Shown here: in pieces, positions 8,614 through 19,410 of the stretch | Layout of the letters: every line of letters starts with the position of its first letter | How positions within the stretch are numbered: the stretch's first letter is position 1 | Assembly (NCBI GenBank): GCA_051251855.1 | Contig: JBPOGI010000008.1 | Coordinates: 1 to 64,000, forward strand | From: Roseibacillus sp. | GTDB taxonomy: Bacteria > Verrucomicrobiota > Verrucomicrobiia > Verrucomicrobiales > Akkermansiaceae | Direction: 5' to 3' | Length of the DNA: 64,000 bases | Notes under the pieces: generated by a model | Told to the model about the DNA's origin: nothing | The model's database searches: none | What the model saw: only the letters and a program-made list of their open reading frames with translations | Program-made: the position numbers and the translations under genes

Positions 8614-10519
8614 ACCAACACCCGAAATTGTTCCTCTTCCTGATCCTGCGCTCTTGCCTAGCATCAAATCTCCTGACGATGTCAAGAAGCTGCCGGAGGA
8701 ACAGCTAGAAGGACTTGCCGCCGAAGTCCGCGATACTCTCATCCGCTCCTTGGCGAATACAGGGGGCCACCTCGGACCTAACCTGGGGGTCGTCGAGCTA
8801 TCGATTGCTCTCCACCGCGTATTCAATACCCCCGAGGATAAATTCGTCTTTGACGTCGCTCACCAAGGCTACGTCCACAAAATGCTGACTGGGCGAGCCG
8901 ACAAGATTGACACCATCCGTCAATATCAAGGACTCAATGGCTTCCTGCTGCGCACCGAATCCGAGCACGATGCTTACGGAGCAGGACACGCAGGAACCGC
9001 CCTCTCCGCCGCACTAGGAATGGCCGCTGCCCGCGACCAAAAGGATGAAGACTCCCACGTCGTTGCCGTTGCAGGAGATGCCGCTTTCACCTGCGGGCCC
9101 ACCTTAGAAGCTCTCAACAATATTGCCGAGACCACCAAACGGTTCATCGTCGTCCTCAACGACAATGAATGGTCCATTGATAAGAATGTCGGTGCCATCG
9201 CGAAGTATTTCAACGCACTCCAAACGCACTCCGCCTACTCTACCGTTCGAGACAAGGCGTCGGACTTTGTTCAAAAAGTCGGAGGTGAGTCCGTTCGCAA
9301 GTTCGCCCATAAAATCGAGCGCTCAGCCAAAAACCTCCTCTTCCCCAACGTCTTGTTCGAGAAGTTTGGCCTCCGCTATTTTGGACCCATCGATGGTCAC
9401 AACCTCGAGCTTCTCGTCCAAACTTTCGAATATCTGAAAAAGCAGGACGAGCCTGTCGTGTTGCACATCATCACAGAAAAAGGCCGAGGCTATCAGCCCG
9501 CTCTTGAAAAGCCTGGAAAATTCCACGGTCTCGGCCCCTACAACGTCGAGGATGGAGCAACTGAAGCAGGAGCTCCGACCTATTCCGAAATCTTCGGGCG
9601 CACCATCACCGACTTCGCCAAGAAGGACGAGAAGATGCTCGCCGTCACCGCAGCCATGCCTGGAGGAACCAAGCTTGATATTTTCAAACAGGAAATCCCA
9701 GACCGCTACTACGATGTCGGCATTGCCGAGGAACATGCCGCACTCTTCGCATCCGGTCTTGCGACCCAAGGAATGCGTCCCTTCCTCGCCATCTACTCCA
9801 CCTTTATGCAGCGGGCTTTCGATATGATTGTCCACGATATCGCCCTTCAGAATCTCCCTGTCCGGCTTTGCATGGATCGCGGAGGTCTCTCCGGTGATGA
9901 TGGTCCTACCCATCACGGACTTTTTGATATTGGTTACTTGAGACCAATCCCAGGACTTATCCACATGCAGGCCAAAGACGAAGATGAATTCGTCGATATG
10001 CTCTGGACTATGGCCAATTACGACGATGGCCCTACTGCCATCCGATACCCTCGCGGTGCGGGAACCGGAGCCAAGCCAAAGGACCAGCCTCAGTTGCTAG
10101 AAATCGGCAAAGGCGAACTCGTCCAAAGCGGTACCGACATCTGCCTCATCGGTCTCGGCTCGATGTTCGAAATGGCCGAAGCGACCGCCGCCGAGCTCGC
10201 CAAAGACGGACTCAGTGTTGGCCTCGTTAACCCACGTTTCATCAAACCCTTGGATGCGGAACTCATTCTTGCCGAAGCTAGGAAGGCTAAAGTGGTATGC
10301 ACCTACGAGGACCACGTTCTCGCCAATGGATTTGGAGCCAGCATCATCGAACTCTTACACGACAACGGCATCGACACCCCCGTGGAGCGCATTGGCTGGC
10401 CCGATAATTTTATCGAACATGGCAAGCCCGACATTCTTCGAGCTAATCACGGCCTCACCGTCGAAAACGCTCTGAAGAAAATTCGCGCTCACCTACCTTC
10501 CGTTGCCGCCTCGGCCTAA
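8594..10519 (+). CDS. dxs: 1-deoxy-D-xylulose-5-phosphate synthase
   Basis: GGHLGPNLGVVEL, DVAHQGYVHK, GIAEEHA and GDDGPTHHG motifs. Confidence 0.97.
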   Translation: MTSDSSKPTPEIVPLPDPALLPSIKSPDDVKKLPEEQLEGLAAEVRDTLIRSLANTGGHLGPNLGVVELSIALHRVFNTPEDKFVFDVAHQGYVHKMLTGRADKIDTIRQYQGLNGFLLRTESEHDAYGAGHAGTALSAALGMAAARDQKDEDSHVVAVAGDAAFTCGPTLEALNNIAETTKRFIVVLNDNEWSIDKNVGAIAKYFNALQTHSAYSTVRDKASDFVQKVGGESVRKFAHKIERSAKNLLFPNVLFEKFGLRYFGPIDGHNLELLVQTFEYLKKQDEPVVLHIITEKGRGYQPALEKPGKFHGLGPYNVEDGATEAGAPTYSEIFGRTITDFAKKDEKMLAVTAAMPGGTKLDIFKQEIPDRYYDVGIAEEHAALFASGLATQGMRPFLAIYSTFMQRAFDMIVHDIALQNLPVRLCMDRGGLSGDDGPTHHGLFDIGYLRPIPGLIHMQAKDEDEFVDMLWTMANYDDGPTAIRYPRGAGTGAKPKDQPQLLEIGKGELVQSGTDICLIGLGSMFEMAEATAAELAKDGLSVGLVNPRFIKPLDAELILAEARKAKVVCTYEDHVLANGFGASIIELLHDNGIDTPVERIGWPDNFIEHGKPDILRANHGLTVENALKKIRAHLPSVAASA

Positions 10520-10530
10520 GCCCACTCGCA

Positions 10531-10887
10531 GTGTCGTCGAGACTCAATCTCCTATTCGTCTGTTCTAAGAACCAATGGCGAAGTCCCACGGCTGAAGCGA
10601 TCTATCGCGACCATCCTCTGGTCAAAGTTCGCTCCCGAGGAACAAGCCCCCAAGCCCGAAGAACTCTAACCGACCCTGATTTGAGTTGGGCGGATTTGGT
10701 TCTCGTCATGGAGCAAAAACATAGAGAACGAATTCGCAGCCAACACCCTCAGCGAAGCCGCGAGTGCCACTTTCAGGTTCTAGAGATCGAAGACAAATTC
10801 CGAGCCATGGATCCGAGACTCATCAAAGAGCTCAAAGAAGCCATCGATCCCATCATCGAGGAGAACTCAGAAACGAACTTGGAGTAA
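10531..10887 (+). CDS. Low-molecular-weight protein-tyrosine-phosphatase-like protein
   Basis: LFVCSKNQWRSPTAE (CX5R) and WADLVLVME. Confidence 0.85.
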   Translation: MSSRLNLLFVCSKNQWRSPTAEAIYRDHPLVKVRSRGTSPQARRTLTDPDLSWADLVLVMEQKHRERIRSQHPQRSRECHFQVLEIEDKFRAMDPRLIKELKEAIDPIIEENSETNLE

Positions 10888-10957
10888 CTCGAGCTCAGAA
10901 ACACACCTCAAACCTAGGGTCTATCACGACGAACTTCCCCATAGACCCAAGTAAATT

Positions 10958-11785
10958 CTACTTCACCTCGATCACTAATTCTGGCTCTGGCTTACCTTCT
11001 TCAGTGGGTGCCGGATACCATGTTGCGCTGAAACCTTCGTTCATTGCTCCTTTTTGACCAAAGATAATCTTGCCCGTCTTATCCGTGACAGAACTCATGA
11101 CTATGGTTCTCTCGGCGAGATTCTTGCATTCTATCGAGAACTCAGAAACTCCTCCTTCGAGCCCTTTTTCGGTTTCTAAATTGACCTTGTCAGAAAGATC
11201 GAACTTCACCTTCTTCCCAGTAAGAGTTTTGAGGGCCACCTCGTCCCCCTTGAGCTTTTTCTTCAACTCACGTTCATCGATATCAGTCTCTAAGCGATAA
11301 AGATCTGGGACTTTGACCTCAACCCCCAACCGAATCGGATTTTCACTCTCCGTCTCCAACATCTCGATGGTGATAAATACTTCATCACCATCAAATCGGT
11401 GGCTGATCTTCGCTTTTGTTCCTCCCTTATAAGTCGCAACAAAAGAGCACTCCTCAAGTTCATTACTCGCGGCCAACTCGCTCTCAATCTGCCCCACCTC
11501 CAATGTTCTCTTCTGCCAACTCTCCCCCTTTTTTTCCTCGACCAGATAATTAATGGCGAGAGAACGAGTATCAGAAATCCTCTTCATTTCCCCCTGGCTA
11601 CGATCCTTCAGCATGAGTTCCCCCTCTGCCCTTCCACTTATGCCAAAGTCAAACTCACGCTCCTCATAGCCAACCCAAAAGCCCAACCAAGGCTCCTCTG
11701 AGAGCACGGGCAAACGGTCCGCACATGCAAAACTTGAAAAACTCATCACGGCACCAGCTAAAATGGAGGTAGGAATTGCTTTCAT
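10958..11785 (-). CDS. Hypothetical secreted protein
   Basis: 275-aa ORF with an N-terminal signal peptide-like sequence. Confidence 0.7.
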   Translation of the reverse strand: MKAIPTSILAGAVMSFSSFACADRLPVLSEEPWLGFWVGYEEREFDFGISGRAEGELMLKDRSQGEMKRISDTRSLAINYLVEEKKGESWQKRTLEVGQIESELAASNELEECSFVATYKGGTKAKISHRFDGDEVFITIEMLETESENPIRLGVEVKVPDLYRLETDIDERELKKKLKGDEVALKTLTGKKVKFDLSDKVNLETEKGLEGGVSEFSIECKNLAERTIVMSSVTDKTGKIIFGQKGAMNEGFSATWYPAPTEEGKPEPELVIEVK

Positions 11786-11848
11786 ACTCCCCAGACGCTA
11801 GCAAAACAGGTCCTTTCCAACCAACAATTTCCAGCCGGAATCTCGACC

Positions 11849-12151
11849 ATGAACTTACCCAACATCCTCACAAAGCTAGAAACAGCCACAGGAGCTCCAC
11901 CCGAAGGCCTCTCTGACGAACTTCAAGTCCTCTGGCTCTCCAAAGCAGGCGACTGGCATGGAGCACATGATATTGCTCAAGATTTGCCAGATCCCCATGG
12001 AGCTTGGCTCCACGCCTATCTGCACCGAGAGGAAGGCGATCTGGGTAATGCTTCTTATTGGTATCATCGCGCCAATCGCCCAGTTCCCGATCCCAACACT
12101 ACGATTGCGGCAGAGTGGGCGGACCTTGTGTCCTTCTTCTCTCAGATTTAG
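11849..12151 (+). CDS. Conserved hypothetical protein
   Basis: WHGAHDIAQD...AWLHAYLHREEGDLGNASYWY, a recognisable small conserved family. Confidence 0.8.
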   Translation: MNLPNILTKLETATGAPPEGLSDELQVLWLSKAGDWHGAHDIAQDLPDPHGAWLHAYLHREEGDLGNASYWYHRANRPVPDPNTTIAAEWADLVSFFSQI

Positions 12152-12266
12152 GAAATCTCCCTCAAGTCTATCAAACCCTTCATTTTCGAACCCTCCGTAG
12201 CGAGGGGTCGTTGGAGGTTGCAATTTTTATTACGGTGGTCTAATATACCAACTTTCCTTACAAGTT

Positions 12267-13583
12267 ATGAAGTTATCAATCATTGGAACGGGCTATGTCG
12301 GACTCACTACGGGGGCCTGTTTTGCCGAAGTCGGACACGAAGTCACTTGCGTCGACAACAACGAAGAGAAAGTACAAACCTTACTCGAAGGCAAAATACC
12401 AATCTTTGAGCCCGGTCTTGAAGACCTCGTCAAACGTAACGTCGCCGCCGGCCGCCTCAAGTTTACGACTTCAACCGCCGATGGTGTTCGCGATGGCGAC
12501 GTCGTCTTTATCGCCGTCCCTACCCCGCCCCAACCTGATGGCTCAGTCGATCTTTCCTTTATTGAAAAAGTGGCTCGCGAAATTGCCGAATCCCTCGATC
12601 CCGATTACGGCTTTCGAGTTATCGTCGACAAGTCGACCGTCCCAGTAAAAACGGGCTCTAAGGTCGAAGAAACTGTCCGCCGCTATGCACCCAAAGGAGT
12701 CGAATTCTCAGTAGCCTCCAATCCTGAGTTTCTTCGCGAGGGTTGCGCCGTTGATGACCTTCTCAATCCCGACCGCGTGGTCTTCGGCGTCAATAACGAC
12801 AAAGCCGCCGACATGATGCGCCGCATCTATGACCCTTTCAATGCACCCGTGCTCGTCACCGATATCGAGTCCGCCGAACTCATCAAGCACGCCGCGAACT
12901 CCTTTCTCGCCCTTAAGATTTCTTACATTAATGCGGTAGCACGCGTCTGTGAAAAATCAGGAGCAGACATTGAGATGGTTGCCGAAGGAATCGGAATGGA
13001 CGCTCGTATCGGACGCCAATTCCTCAATGCTGGGCTTGGCTACGGTGGCTCTTGCTTCCCTAAGGATGTGAAAGCCTTCATCAATATCTCCGAAACCTTG
13101 GGCTACCCCTTCGAACTCCTCAAGCAAGTCGAAAGCATCAACGAAGATCAGCGCAGCCTCTTCCTCGGTCGCATTCGCGAGAAGCTCTGGGTTCTTCAGG
13201 AGAAGCAAATCGCTCTCTGGGGACTCGCCTTCAAACAAAACACGGACGACGTTCGCGAATCCGTTGCTATCAAGCTCGCCAACGACATGATGGAGGAAGG
13301 AGCCCAGATCACCGGCTGGGATCCGCAAGGAATGGGCACCGCCAAACGCTTCGGAAACCTCCACGAAAGCTTCATCTACGGAGAGGACATGTATTCCTGC
13401 CTCGATGGTGCTGAGGCCCTCATTATCGGAACCGAGTGGCCTGAGTTCGCTAACGCCGATCTCGAACAAATCAAAAAGCGGATGCGCACCCCCCTCATTT
13501 TCGATGGTCGCAACCTTTACGACCCCGAGGTCATGGCTGCTCACGGCATCGAGTATCACTCCATTGGCCGCGCATCTGTCTAG
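12267..13583 (+). CDS. ugd: UDP-glucose 6-dehydrogenase
   Basis: IIGTGYVGL, NPEFLREG, GYGGSCFPKD and GLAFKQNTDDVRES motifs. Confidence 0.95.
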   Translation: MKLSIIGTGYVGLTTGACFAEVGHEVTCVDNNEEKVQTLLEGKIPIFEPGLEDLVKRNVAAGRLKFTTSTADGVRDGDVVFIAVPTPPQPDGSVDLSFIEKVAREIAESLDPDYGFRVIVDKSTVPVKTGSKVEETVRRYAPKGVEFSVASNPEFLREGCAVDDLLNPDRVVFGVNNDKAADMMRRIYDPFNAPVLVTDIESAELIKHAANSFLALKISYINAVARVCEKSGADIEMVAEGIGMDARIGRQFLNAGLGYGGSCFPKDVKAFINISETLGYPFELLKQVESINEDQRSLFLGRIREKLWVLQEKQIALWGLAFKQNTDDVRESVAIKLANDMMEEGAQITGWDPQGMGTAKRFGNLHESFIYGEDMYSCLDGAEALIIGTEWPEFANADLEQIKKRMRTPLIFDGRNLYDPEVMAAHGIEYHSIGRASV

Positions 13584-13607
13584 GCGACGTTCCTTTTACA
13601 GATATCC

Positions 13608-13636
13608 AAAAAGCTCGGGTTCGCCCGAGCTTTTTT
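13608..13636. terminator. Bidirectional Rho-independent terminator between ugd and murG
   Basis: aaaaagctcggg-ttcg-cccgagctttttt. Confidence 0.9.
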
Positions 13637-13648
13637 GCTTTTGGGAAC

Positions 13649-14716
13649 TCAGGCTTTTAGAATCACCTTTACGATTTCCTCTACCGCATTTCCTTCGCCA
13701 AGCTTTCTCGTTTTGTTCACAAGCTCCTCGCGCTCTGAAGCACCAGGTAATAATTTCTTAGTCAGCTCCACTAGCTTCGCTCCATCGAGTTCCTTCTCTT
13801 GGGCCATTAAGGCTGCACCCGCATCAGCGAACACCTTCGCATTTGCCGTCTGGTGATCGTCCGCCGCGAAAGGATAGGGAATTAAAACAGAGGGAATTCC
13901 CAAAAAGCCCAACTCAGTCAGACTAGAGGCTCCCGATCGGCAAATTGCACCATCCGCCACTGCGTAAGCTGCGGGCATATCATCGCAAAACGCCATCGCA
14001 TGATATCCTTCCTTTTCTCCCACCAACCCTTGGACCCTCTCATAGTCTAGCTGCCCAGTGACATGTAAAATCTGACAATCGAGAGTGTTGGCAGCCTCCA
14101 CGACAAGAGTATTAAGCCCCCTTGCACCCTGACTTCCTCCGAACACTAAAACAGTGGGTTTCTCAGGATTTAGTCCCCACTTTTGACTCGCCTCTTCGCG
14201 ACTAGGAAGTCTCCGGAGTTCGTCACGAACTGGTGTTCCCACCACCGCTGTTTCCCTTCCCGAAAAATAGGATTTAGCAGCCTCGAAACCCAAGAGGACT
14301 TTGGTGCAATACTTCGCAATCATGATGTTCGTCTTGCCAGGAATTGCATTGGAATCATGCACGTAGGTACGCAGCCCCAACTTTTTCCCCGCGTAGGCTG
14401 GAGCAAAGGAAGTGAATCCCCCCATTCCCAAAACCACCTCAGCCTTCTCACTCTTTAGCAAGGCTTTGCACTGCCCGATGGATTTCACCAATCCTAGCAC
14501 AAAAGGAATCATCTTCAGCGACAAAGTGGGCGGCTTCGCGATCGCAGGCATCACCTCAAAGCGCAAATTCCCGTACTTCGCCGAAGCCTCCGCATCGACC
14601 TTCTTCTCCGAAATGACAAGCACAGGATCGTGCCCCTGCTTCTGCAACTCTTCCGCTACAGCGATTCCGGGAAAGAGATGTCCTCCCGTCCCTCCACATG
14701 CAATGACCACCTTCAT
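13649..14716 (-). CDS. murG: Undecaprenyl-PP-MurNAc-pentapeptide GlcNAc transferase
   Basis: GGTGGHLFPG, GGSQGA, RSGASS and DHQTANA motifs. Confidence 0.95.
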   Translation of the reverse strand: MKVVIACGGTGGHLFPGIAVAEELQKQGHDPVLVISEKKVDAEASAKYGNLRFEVMPAIAKPPTLSLKMIPFVLGLVKSIGQCKALLKSEKAEVVLGMGGFTSFAPAYAGKKLGLRTYVHDSNAIPGKTNIMIAKYCTKVLLGFEAAKSYFSGRETAVVGTPVRDELRRLPSREEASQKWGLNPEKPTVLVFGGSQGARGLNTLVVEAANTLDCQILHVTGQLDYERVQGLVGEKEGYHAMAFCDDMPAAYAVADGAICRSGASSLTELGFLGIPSVLIPYPFAADDHQTANAKVFADAGAALMAQEKELDGAKLVELTKKLLPGASEREELVNKTRKLGEGNAVEEIVKVILKA

Positions 14717-14805
14717 GAGAGAAGTTTCGACGGATTCTACCGAAAGAACCACTCCTGTTTGCATCATTTTTGGAAGAACGGAGGCTTTCTCTCAGTTAAT
14801 TCCAC

Positions 14806-17256
14806 GTGTCCCTTTCACGTTCTTTTCAACCGCTTCACCACTTATCGAAAGCGAGCCCTCATTGGGCTATCCTCCTCCTAATGTCACTCCTGCCCTCCTC
14901 CCTCTCCGCTCAAAAGGAGCCACCAACGATCGCCGATATCGCCCCGCAAGTAGACGACATCACTTCTATGTGGTGGAAGGACGGCTTCCCCACCCGAGTC
15001 ACCGGAGCCCCTTGGTTAAGGCGAGTCCAAACAGGTACCTACGCCTTCGAGCTCAACACCGAAACACTCGCCATCACCCATCTGGGCCCTCTTCCCACTG
15101 ATTATCCAATCGGCAGCCAAGACGTTTGGAAAGAACTCACTCCCGCCACGCTGGACCTGCAAATCAACGTTGACGGAGAGAACTATCACTGCCAAAGCGG
15201 CGGAAAATGGACGCGACTCACTGGCCCACGGCTCATCGAGTCCGGTCGCTATGTTCAGCGTGCCGACGTCACCGATCTTACATTCGTTTCGAAGGATGGC
15301 ACTATCCTCGCCTTCGACACTCGGTTCGAAACCATCGCATGGCCTGACCGACTGGGCCTCATCTTTCACGCGAGACCCCACCAAAATAAAAAGCCACTCA
15401 TTGACGGGAAAACGGTCTCTTTGAAAATTGCTATTCAACAAGGAAACAAACGATGGCTGAAATCCGAGACCCTTAAGAACAATACAGACAACCCACTAAA
15501 TCAATGGAGTCAAGTATACTTGAACCTCGACCCGCAGAACAGCACCCAAGTTCCACCTCATTGTCCGCTTAAGGTAGAAGCAAGGTCCGCTGCCGGTGAA
15601 TCACACAGCGTCACCTACGACAGTCCACTCATCCGGCATCGTATTAACCTTGATCCCCCGATCCCAAAGCGCCCTAGAAAAAGCAACGATGCCGTCGAAC
15701 GAGTCACTCTCACCCTCACTAATCCTACCGATACTCCTCAGACAGCTCGCCTCTGTTTCGAAAAAACAAGCGCAGGGTTCGAGGCCTTCGAAGGCTCCCC
15801 CATCACAGGCGTATCCGCAATTCTTTGCGACAAGCAAGGTAACCCCTGCGGCATTCCTATTCAACTAAGCAAGAACTGGCACCACTCTCCGGAGAAACCA
15901 GTCTACAGTGGCACTTGGCTTCACGCCTCCACCCTCCTTCGGTTACCCCCAGATAGCACCACCGAACTCCAGCTCGTCATCGTCTGTGGGCATTGGGGAG
16001 GACTTCCCGCAGCATCCCATGCCCAACTCAGCCTTATCGGCTGGGGCAGCAACCAACTTTGGGAACAAAGTGCCCTCGGTGCATGGGGAGAGAGCATTTG
16101 CTACGAACCCGACCAAGCGCAAGCAGGCACCACCATTACCGACGTCCGCCCCCTGATGGTAACATCCGACCGCAAAAGACTCTGGAAGTGGACAGCTAAT
16201 GTCGGCGGCGCGGACTTCTACCGTCTTTTTGATAAAGAGGAAAACCGCGTCCCTCCGCACACAATGAAAGCCATTTACCATCGAACTGGCCCCTGCCTTA
16301 CCGAAGTCACCTATCAAGGACTTCTCGGCACCGGAATCAAGCATGAGACCACCGTCAGCATCGCTCGCACCGACGACCTTGTACGTGCAACCTATCAGCT
16401 CAGTATGCAGGTTACAGAAGACACTGACTTTTCCAGACTTGTCCTTTTTCAAGTTGGAGCTGACACCTACAACACCACTCGTGAGAAAAAATTCGCAGTT
16501 GGAAGCAACCTCAACCTGTCCCAAGAATGGTCCGCTACTTGGGGTGATAACGTCTACCAATCCTCACCGATTCAACTCCTCGGTTCCAACCCATGGGTTT
16601 CCTTCCACGAAGGCGAGAAGATTGGACAGGAAGACAAGGGCCCCGGAGCAAACAGAGGATTCGTGATTCGAAAGTGGAAGGCTCAACTCGGCGGCAAAAA
16701 GGCTCAGCCTTGGGTTCGAGAACGAGGCATTGGACGCAACAACCGTGAGAGCTCTATCATTGACCTCCTTCCTCCACCCGAAGTCACCTCTTTGAAATCC
16801 GGAGACTATCTGGAAGCCACTATCGAACACCTCGTCATCCCCCAATCTCCCGAAGTCTACTATGGACCGAACAAAGAACTGCGGGCCGCCCTTACGCAAT
16901 ACGCTGACACTTGGCGTATGGTCTCGCGGGAAGCAAAGGGGAACAGCCGTGATCTCAAAGTTGAGAAAGGAACCCTTCTTGGAAAGTTCCCCGATATTCG
17001 AATAGCATCTGACAACAATCAGGCCTGCTTCAATCTCACCAATGGCTTGGGCTTCGTCCCCATCACCTTCACCAATCTCAGCTCACACAAGGGTTACCAA
17101 ATCCTGATCGATAGCGAGATTTGGCAACAGACAGCCAACAAAAACGACTACTGGCAAAGTGATTACCATCCTAAAACTAAAACGTGGAGCCAAACATACA
17201 ACATCCCCTTTCCTTCAGGAAAAACCACCCAAGTAAAATTCCGCCCCGCAGAGTAA
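14806..17256 (+). CDS. Large hypothetical secreted protein (816 aa), antisense within the dcw cluster
   Basis: Long ORF with a signal peptide-like N-terminus; Trp/Gly-rich; no family recognised. Confidence 0.8.
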   Translation: MSLSRSFQPLHHLSKASPHWAILLLMSLLPSSLSAQKEPPTIADIAPQVDDITSMWWKDGFPTRVTGAPWLRRVQTGTYAFELNTETLAITHLGPLPTDYPIGSQDVWKELTPATLDLQINVDGENYHCQSGGKWTRLTGPRLIESGRYVQRADVTDLTFVSKDGTILAFDTRFETIAWPDRLGLIFHARPHQNKKPLIDGKTVSLKIAIQQGNKRWLKSETLKNNTDNPLNQWSQVYLNLDPQNSTQVPPHCPLKVEARSAAGESHSVTYDSPLIRHRINLDPPIPKRPRKSNDAVERVTLTLTNPTDTPQTARLCFEKTSAGFEAFEGSPITGVSAILCDKQGNPCGIPIQLSKNWHHSPEKPVYSGTWLHASTLLRLPPDSTTELQLVIVCGHWGGLPAASHAQLSLIGWGSNQLWEQSALGAWGESICYEPDQAQAGTTITDVRPLMVTSDRKRLWKWTANVGGADFYRLFDKEENRVPPHTMKAIYHRTGPCLTEVTYQGLLGTGIKHETTVSIARTDDLVRATYQLSMQVTEDTDFSRLVLFQVGADTYNTTREKKFAVGSNLNLSQEWSATWGDNVYQSSPIQLLGSNPWVSFHEGEKIGQEDKGPGANRGFVIRKWKAQLGGKKAQPWVRERGIGRNNRESSIIDLLPPPEVTSLKSGDYLEATIEHLVIPQSPEVYYGPNKELRAALTQYADTWRMVSREAKGNSRDLKVEKGTLLGKFPDIRIASDNNQACFNLTNGLGFVPITFTNLSSHKGYQILIDSEIWQQTANKNDYWQSDYHPKTKTWSQTYNIPFPSGKTTQVKFRPAE

Positions 17257-17277
17257 AATAAGTGCTCAACGGAAACC

Positions 17278-18435
17278 TCAGAGCTTCAACGCGAACTTAC
17301 GTTCCTTAGTCCTTGGCATCGCTGTGGCATCAACAAAGACCGCACGACGATGAACACTCATCAAAAGTCCAATCGAGCACATCGTGAAGACCAAGCTCGA
17401 GCCACCGTAGCTCAGGAATGGCAGTGGTAATCCAGTCACAGGAAGCGAACCAGTCACAACCCCCATATTGAGAATTCCAGGAACCACCACAATCATCGTA
17501 ACCCCAGCAGCGAGAACCTTTCCGAAAAACTCGCGCGCATAAAGAGAGATTGCTAGTCCAGCGACCGCAATCAGAACGAAAGCGGAAACAGTAATCAAAG
17601 TGCAGACCAAACCGAGTTCCTCGCCCAGTGCCGCAAAAATAAAGTCCGTATGAGCAAAGGGAAGCGCACCATGCTTTTCAGCTCCATTACCCAAGCCTGT
17701 TCCAAAAGTTCCTCCGTTGGAGAAGGCTTCCAGTGCGCGGTAGGTATGCCATCCGTCACCCTGCTGAACTTCCTTATCATCCATGTTCATGAAAGCTGTG
17801 ATCCGGCGAAGGCGAACGGGATCCTGTTGAATGAACATCCAGAGAGCAGACACCGCTCCCCCACCAGTCACGAGAAGTAACCACAAACGAGTTCCCGCAA
17901 CGAAGAGAACCGCCATACCAACTGTGCCGAGAACAAGGGTCGTCCCCAAATCTTTCTCAAACAAAATCAACAATGCTGGAATACCTAAAATTAGTCCTGG
18001 GGTAATAAACCCCTTCACGAGGGTACGAGCTTCAGCTTGATAGCGTGCAAACCAAGCCGCTAGCGAAAGCACCACAATGGGCTTAGCTAGCTCTGATGGT
18101 TGAATCACAGGTAACCCAGGAAAACGAATCCAGCGAGCTTCTCCATTACGAACCTCACTGATTCCAGGCACATAACAGAAACATAAAAGAATGCAGGCCC
18201 CACCCAAAAGGTAAGGCCAAACATCTTGTAATTTTGCATAATCTAAAGCAGACAACACCCAAGCCCCAAGAGACCCCAAACAGAGCCAGATGAGCTGCTT
18301 TTTAACCAGTGCATAAGGGTCAGCTGCACCACGCATCTCCTCTGCCCAGACACTTGTGCTGGACAGCATGATCAGCCCCAACACCACAAGAGCGGCAACG
18401 GCTGACAGAAGAATAATGGCGCTATTCCGACCCAT
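17278..18435 (-). CDS. ftsW: SEDS-family peptidoglycan polymerase FtsW
   Basis: IQPSELAK, AHTDFIFA, LPFLSYGGSS; dcw context. Confidence 0.93.
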   Translation of the reverse strand: MGRNSAIILLSAVAALVVLGLIMLSSTSVWAEEMRGAADPYALVKKQLIWLCLGSLGAWVLSALDYAKLQDVWPYLLGGACILLCFCYVPGISEVRNGEARWIRFPGLPVIQPSELAKPIVVLSLAAWFARYQAEARTLVKGFITPGLILGIPALLILFEKDLGTTLVLGTVGMAVLFVAGTRLWLLLVTGGGAVSALWMFIQQDPVRLRRITAFMNMDDKEVQQGDGWHTYRALEAFSNGGTFGTGLGNGAEKHGALPFAHTDFIFAALGEELGLVCTLITVSAFVLIAVAGLAISLYAREFFGKVLAAGVTMIVVVPGILNMGVVTGSLPVTGLPLPFLSYGGSSLVFTMCSIGLLMSVHRRAVFVDATAMPRTKERKFALKL

Positions 18436-18439
18436 GAGA

Positions 18440-19399
18440 TTAACGCGCAGGAATTTTGACCGTGATCCCAGGTCTCATTTTTTTCGGGTCTACATTGCGA
18501 TTTGCTGACATCAGCTTATCGACAGAAATCCCATTACGATTTGCAATCGCCCAAAGTGTATCACCCTTGCGAATGGTGTAGCTCTTCATCGAAGGTTTCG
18601 GTGCCGGAGCAGGCTTGGGAGTCACCTCCTGAACAATAATTTCAGGCTCAGCAATTGGAATCGGCTGCGGAGTCGGAGTCCGGTGAACAGCGACCACGTT
18701 GATCGCAGGCACAGGTTCGGGAGCTGTTAATGGGGTCGAGGGAAAAGGTTCAGGGACTCGAAGCGAAGACTGCTGCAAGTTTTGAACAATCGGCTGAGCC
18801 GCTTCCATCACTTCATACTCAGCGGGAAGTCCATTGCGAGTAGGAACCTCCACGATGGGTGGCAACGCCTCTTGAATCAAAGGATCTTGATGAGTCATGC
18901 TGGCCATCGCCGCAGGGACCTCATGATACTCGGGCTGAACTACTGTAGGAATTCTCAGAGCCAACCCATATTTCAAAGGGGTGTTATTATTCATGCGGCG
19001 TAACTCCTGCACATCGACCTGGTGACGACGTGCAAATCTCTCGTAGGTATCACCCTGCTGAACATACTCATAAGGCTCGCCTTGCCCAATCTTAGGTTGA
19101 GCGGCTTGATGCGTCTTAGCTACCAAATTGGCCTTATCGGCGGGCTTCACTGCCGGACTATCTTTCACAGCCAACTCACTATCATTTGTGCTGCTGTGCA
19201 CCACAATCGCAATGATTGCAGCTACATGCAAAATCAAGATCACAACAAGGGCTCGCGCAACGCCAAGATTAGGTTCTTCGACAGCGAAGTCCCCTCCCGC
19301 AGCGGCAGCCACTCTTTGTTTTCTCTTACGAGTTTTCGCATACAAGGTGCGAACCCCTTTCATGGGCTTCCTTTTTGTTTGGAACGCTTTTGTCTTCAT
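18440..19399 (-). CDS. Membrane-anchored LysM-domain protein
   Basis: One TM segment; two LysM modules (YVQQGDTY..., YTIRKGDTLWAIA...); Pro-rich linker. Confidence 0.88.
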   Translation of the reverse strand: MKTKAFQTKRKPMKGVRTLYAKTRKRKQRVAAAAGGDFAVEEPNLGVARALVVILILHVAAIIAIVVHSSTNDSELAVKDSPAVKPADKANLVAKTHQAAQPKIGQGEPYEYVQQGDTYERFARRHQVDVQELRRMNNNTPLKYGLALRIPTVVQPEYHEVPAAMASMTHQDPLIQEALPPIVEVPTRNGLPAEYEVMEAAQPIVQNLQQSSLRVPEPFPSTPLTAPEPVPAINVVAVHRTPTPQPIPIAEPEIIVQEVTPKPAPAPKPSMKSYTIRKGDTLWAIANRNGISVDKLMSANRNVDPKKMRPGITVKIPAR

Positions 19400-19410
19400 A
19401 GTTTGGTCTC

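Noticed and set aside
10531..10887. arsC partner of arsR-acr3
   Set aside because: It lacks the additional redox Cys pattern of thioredoxin-type ArsC and is linked to dxs, not the ars genes.
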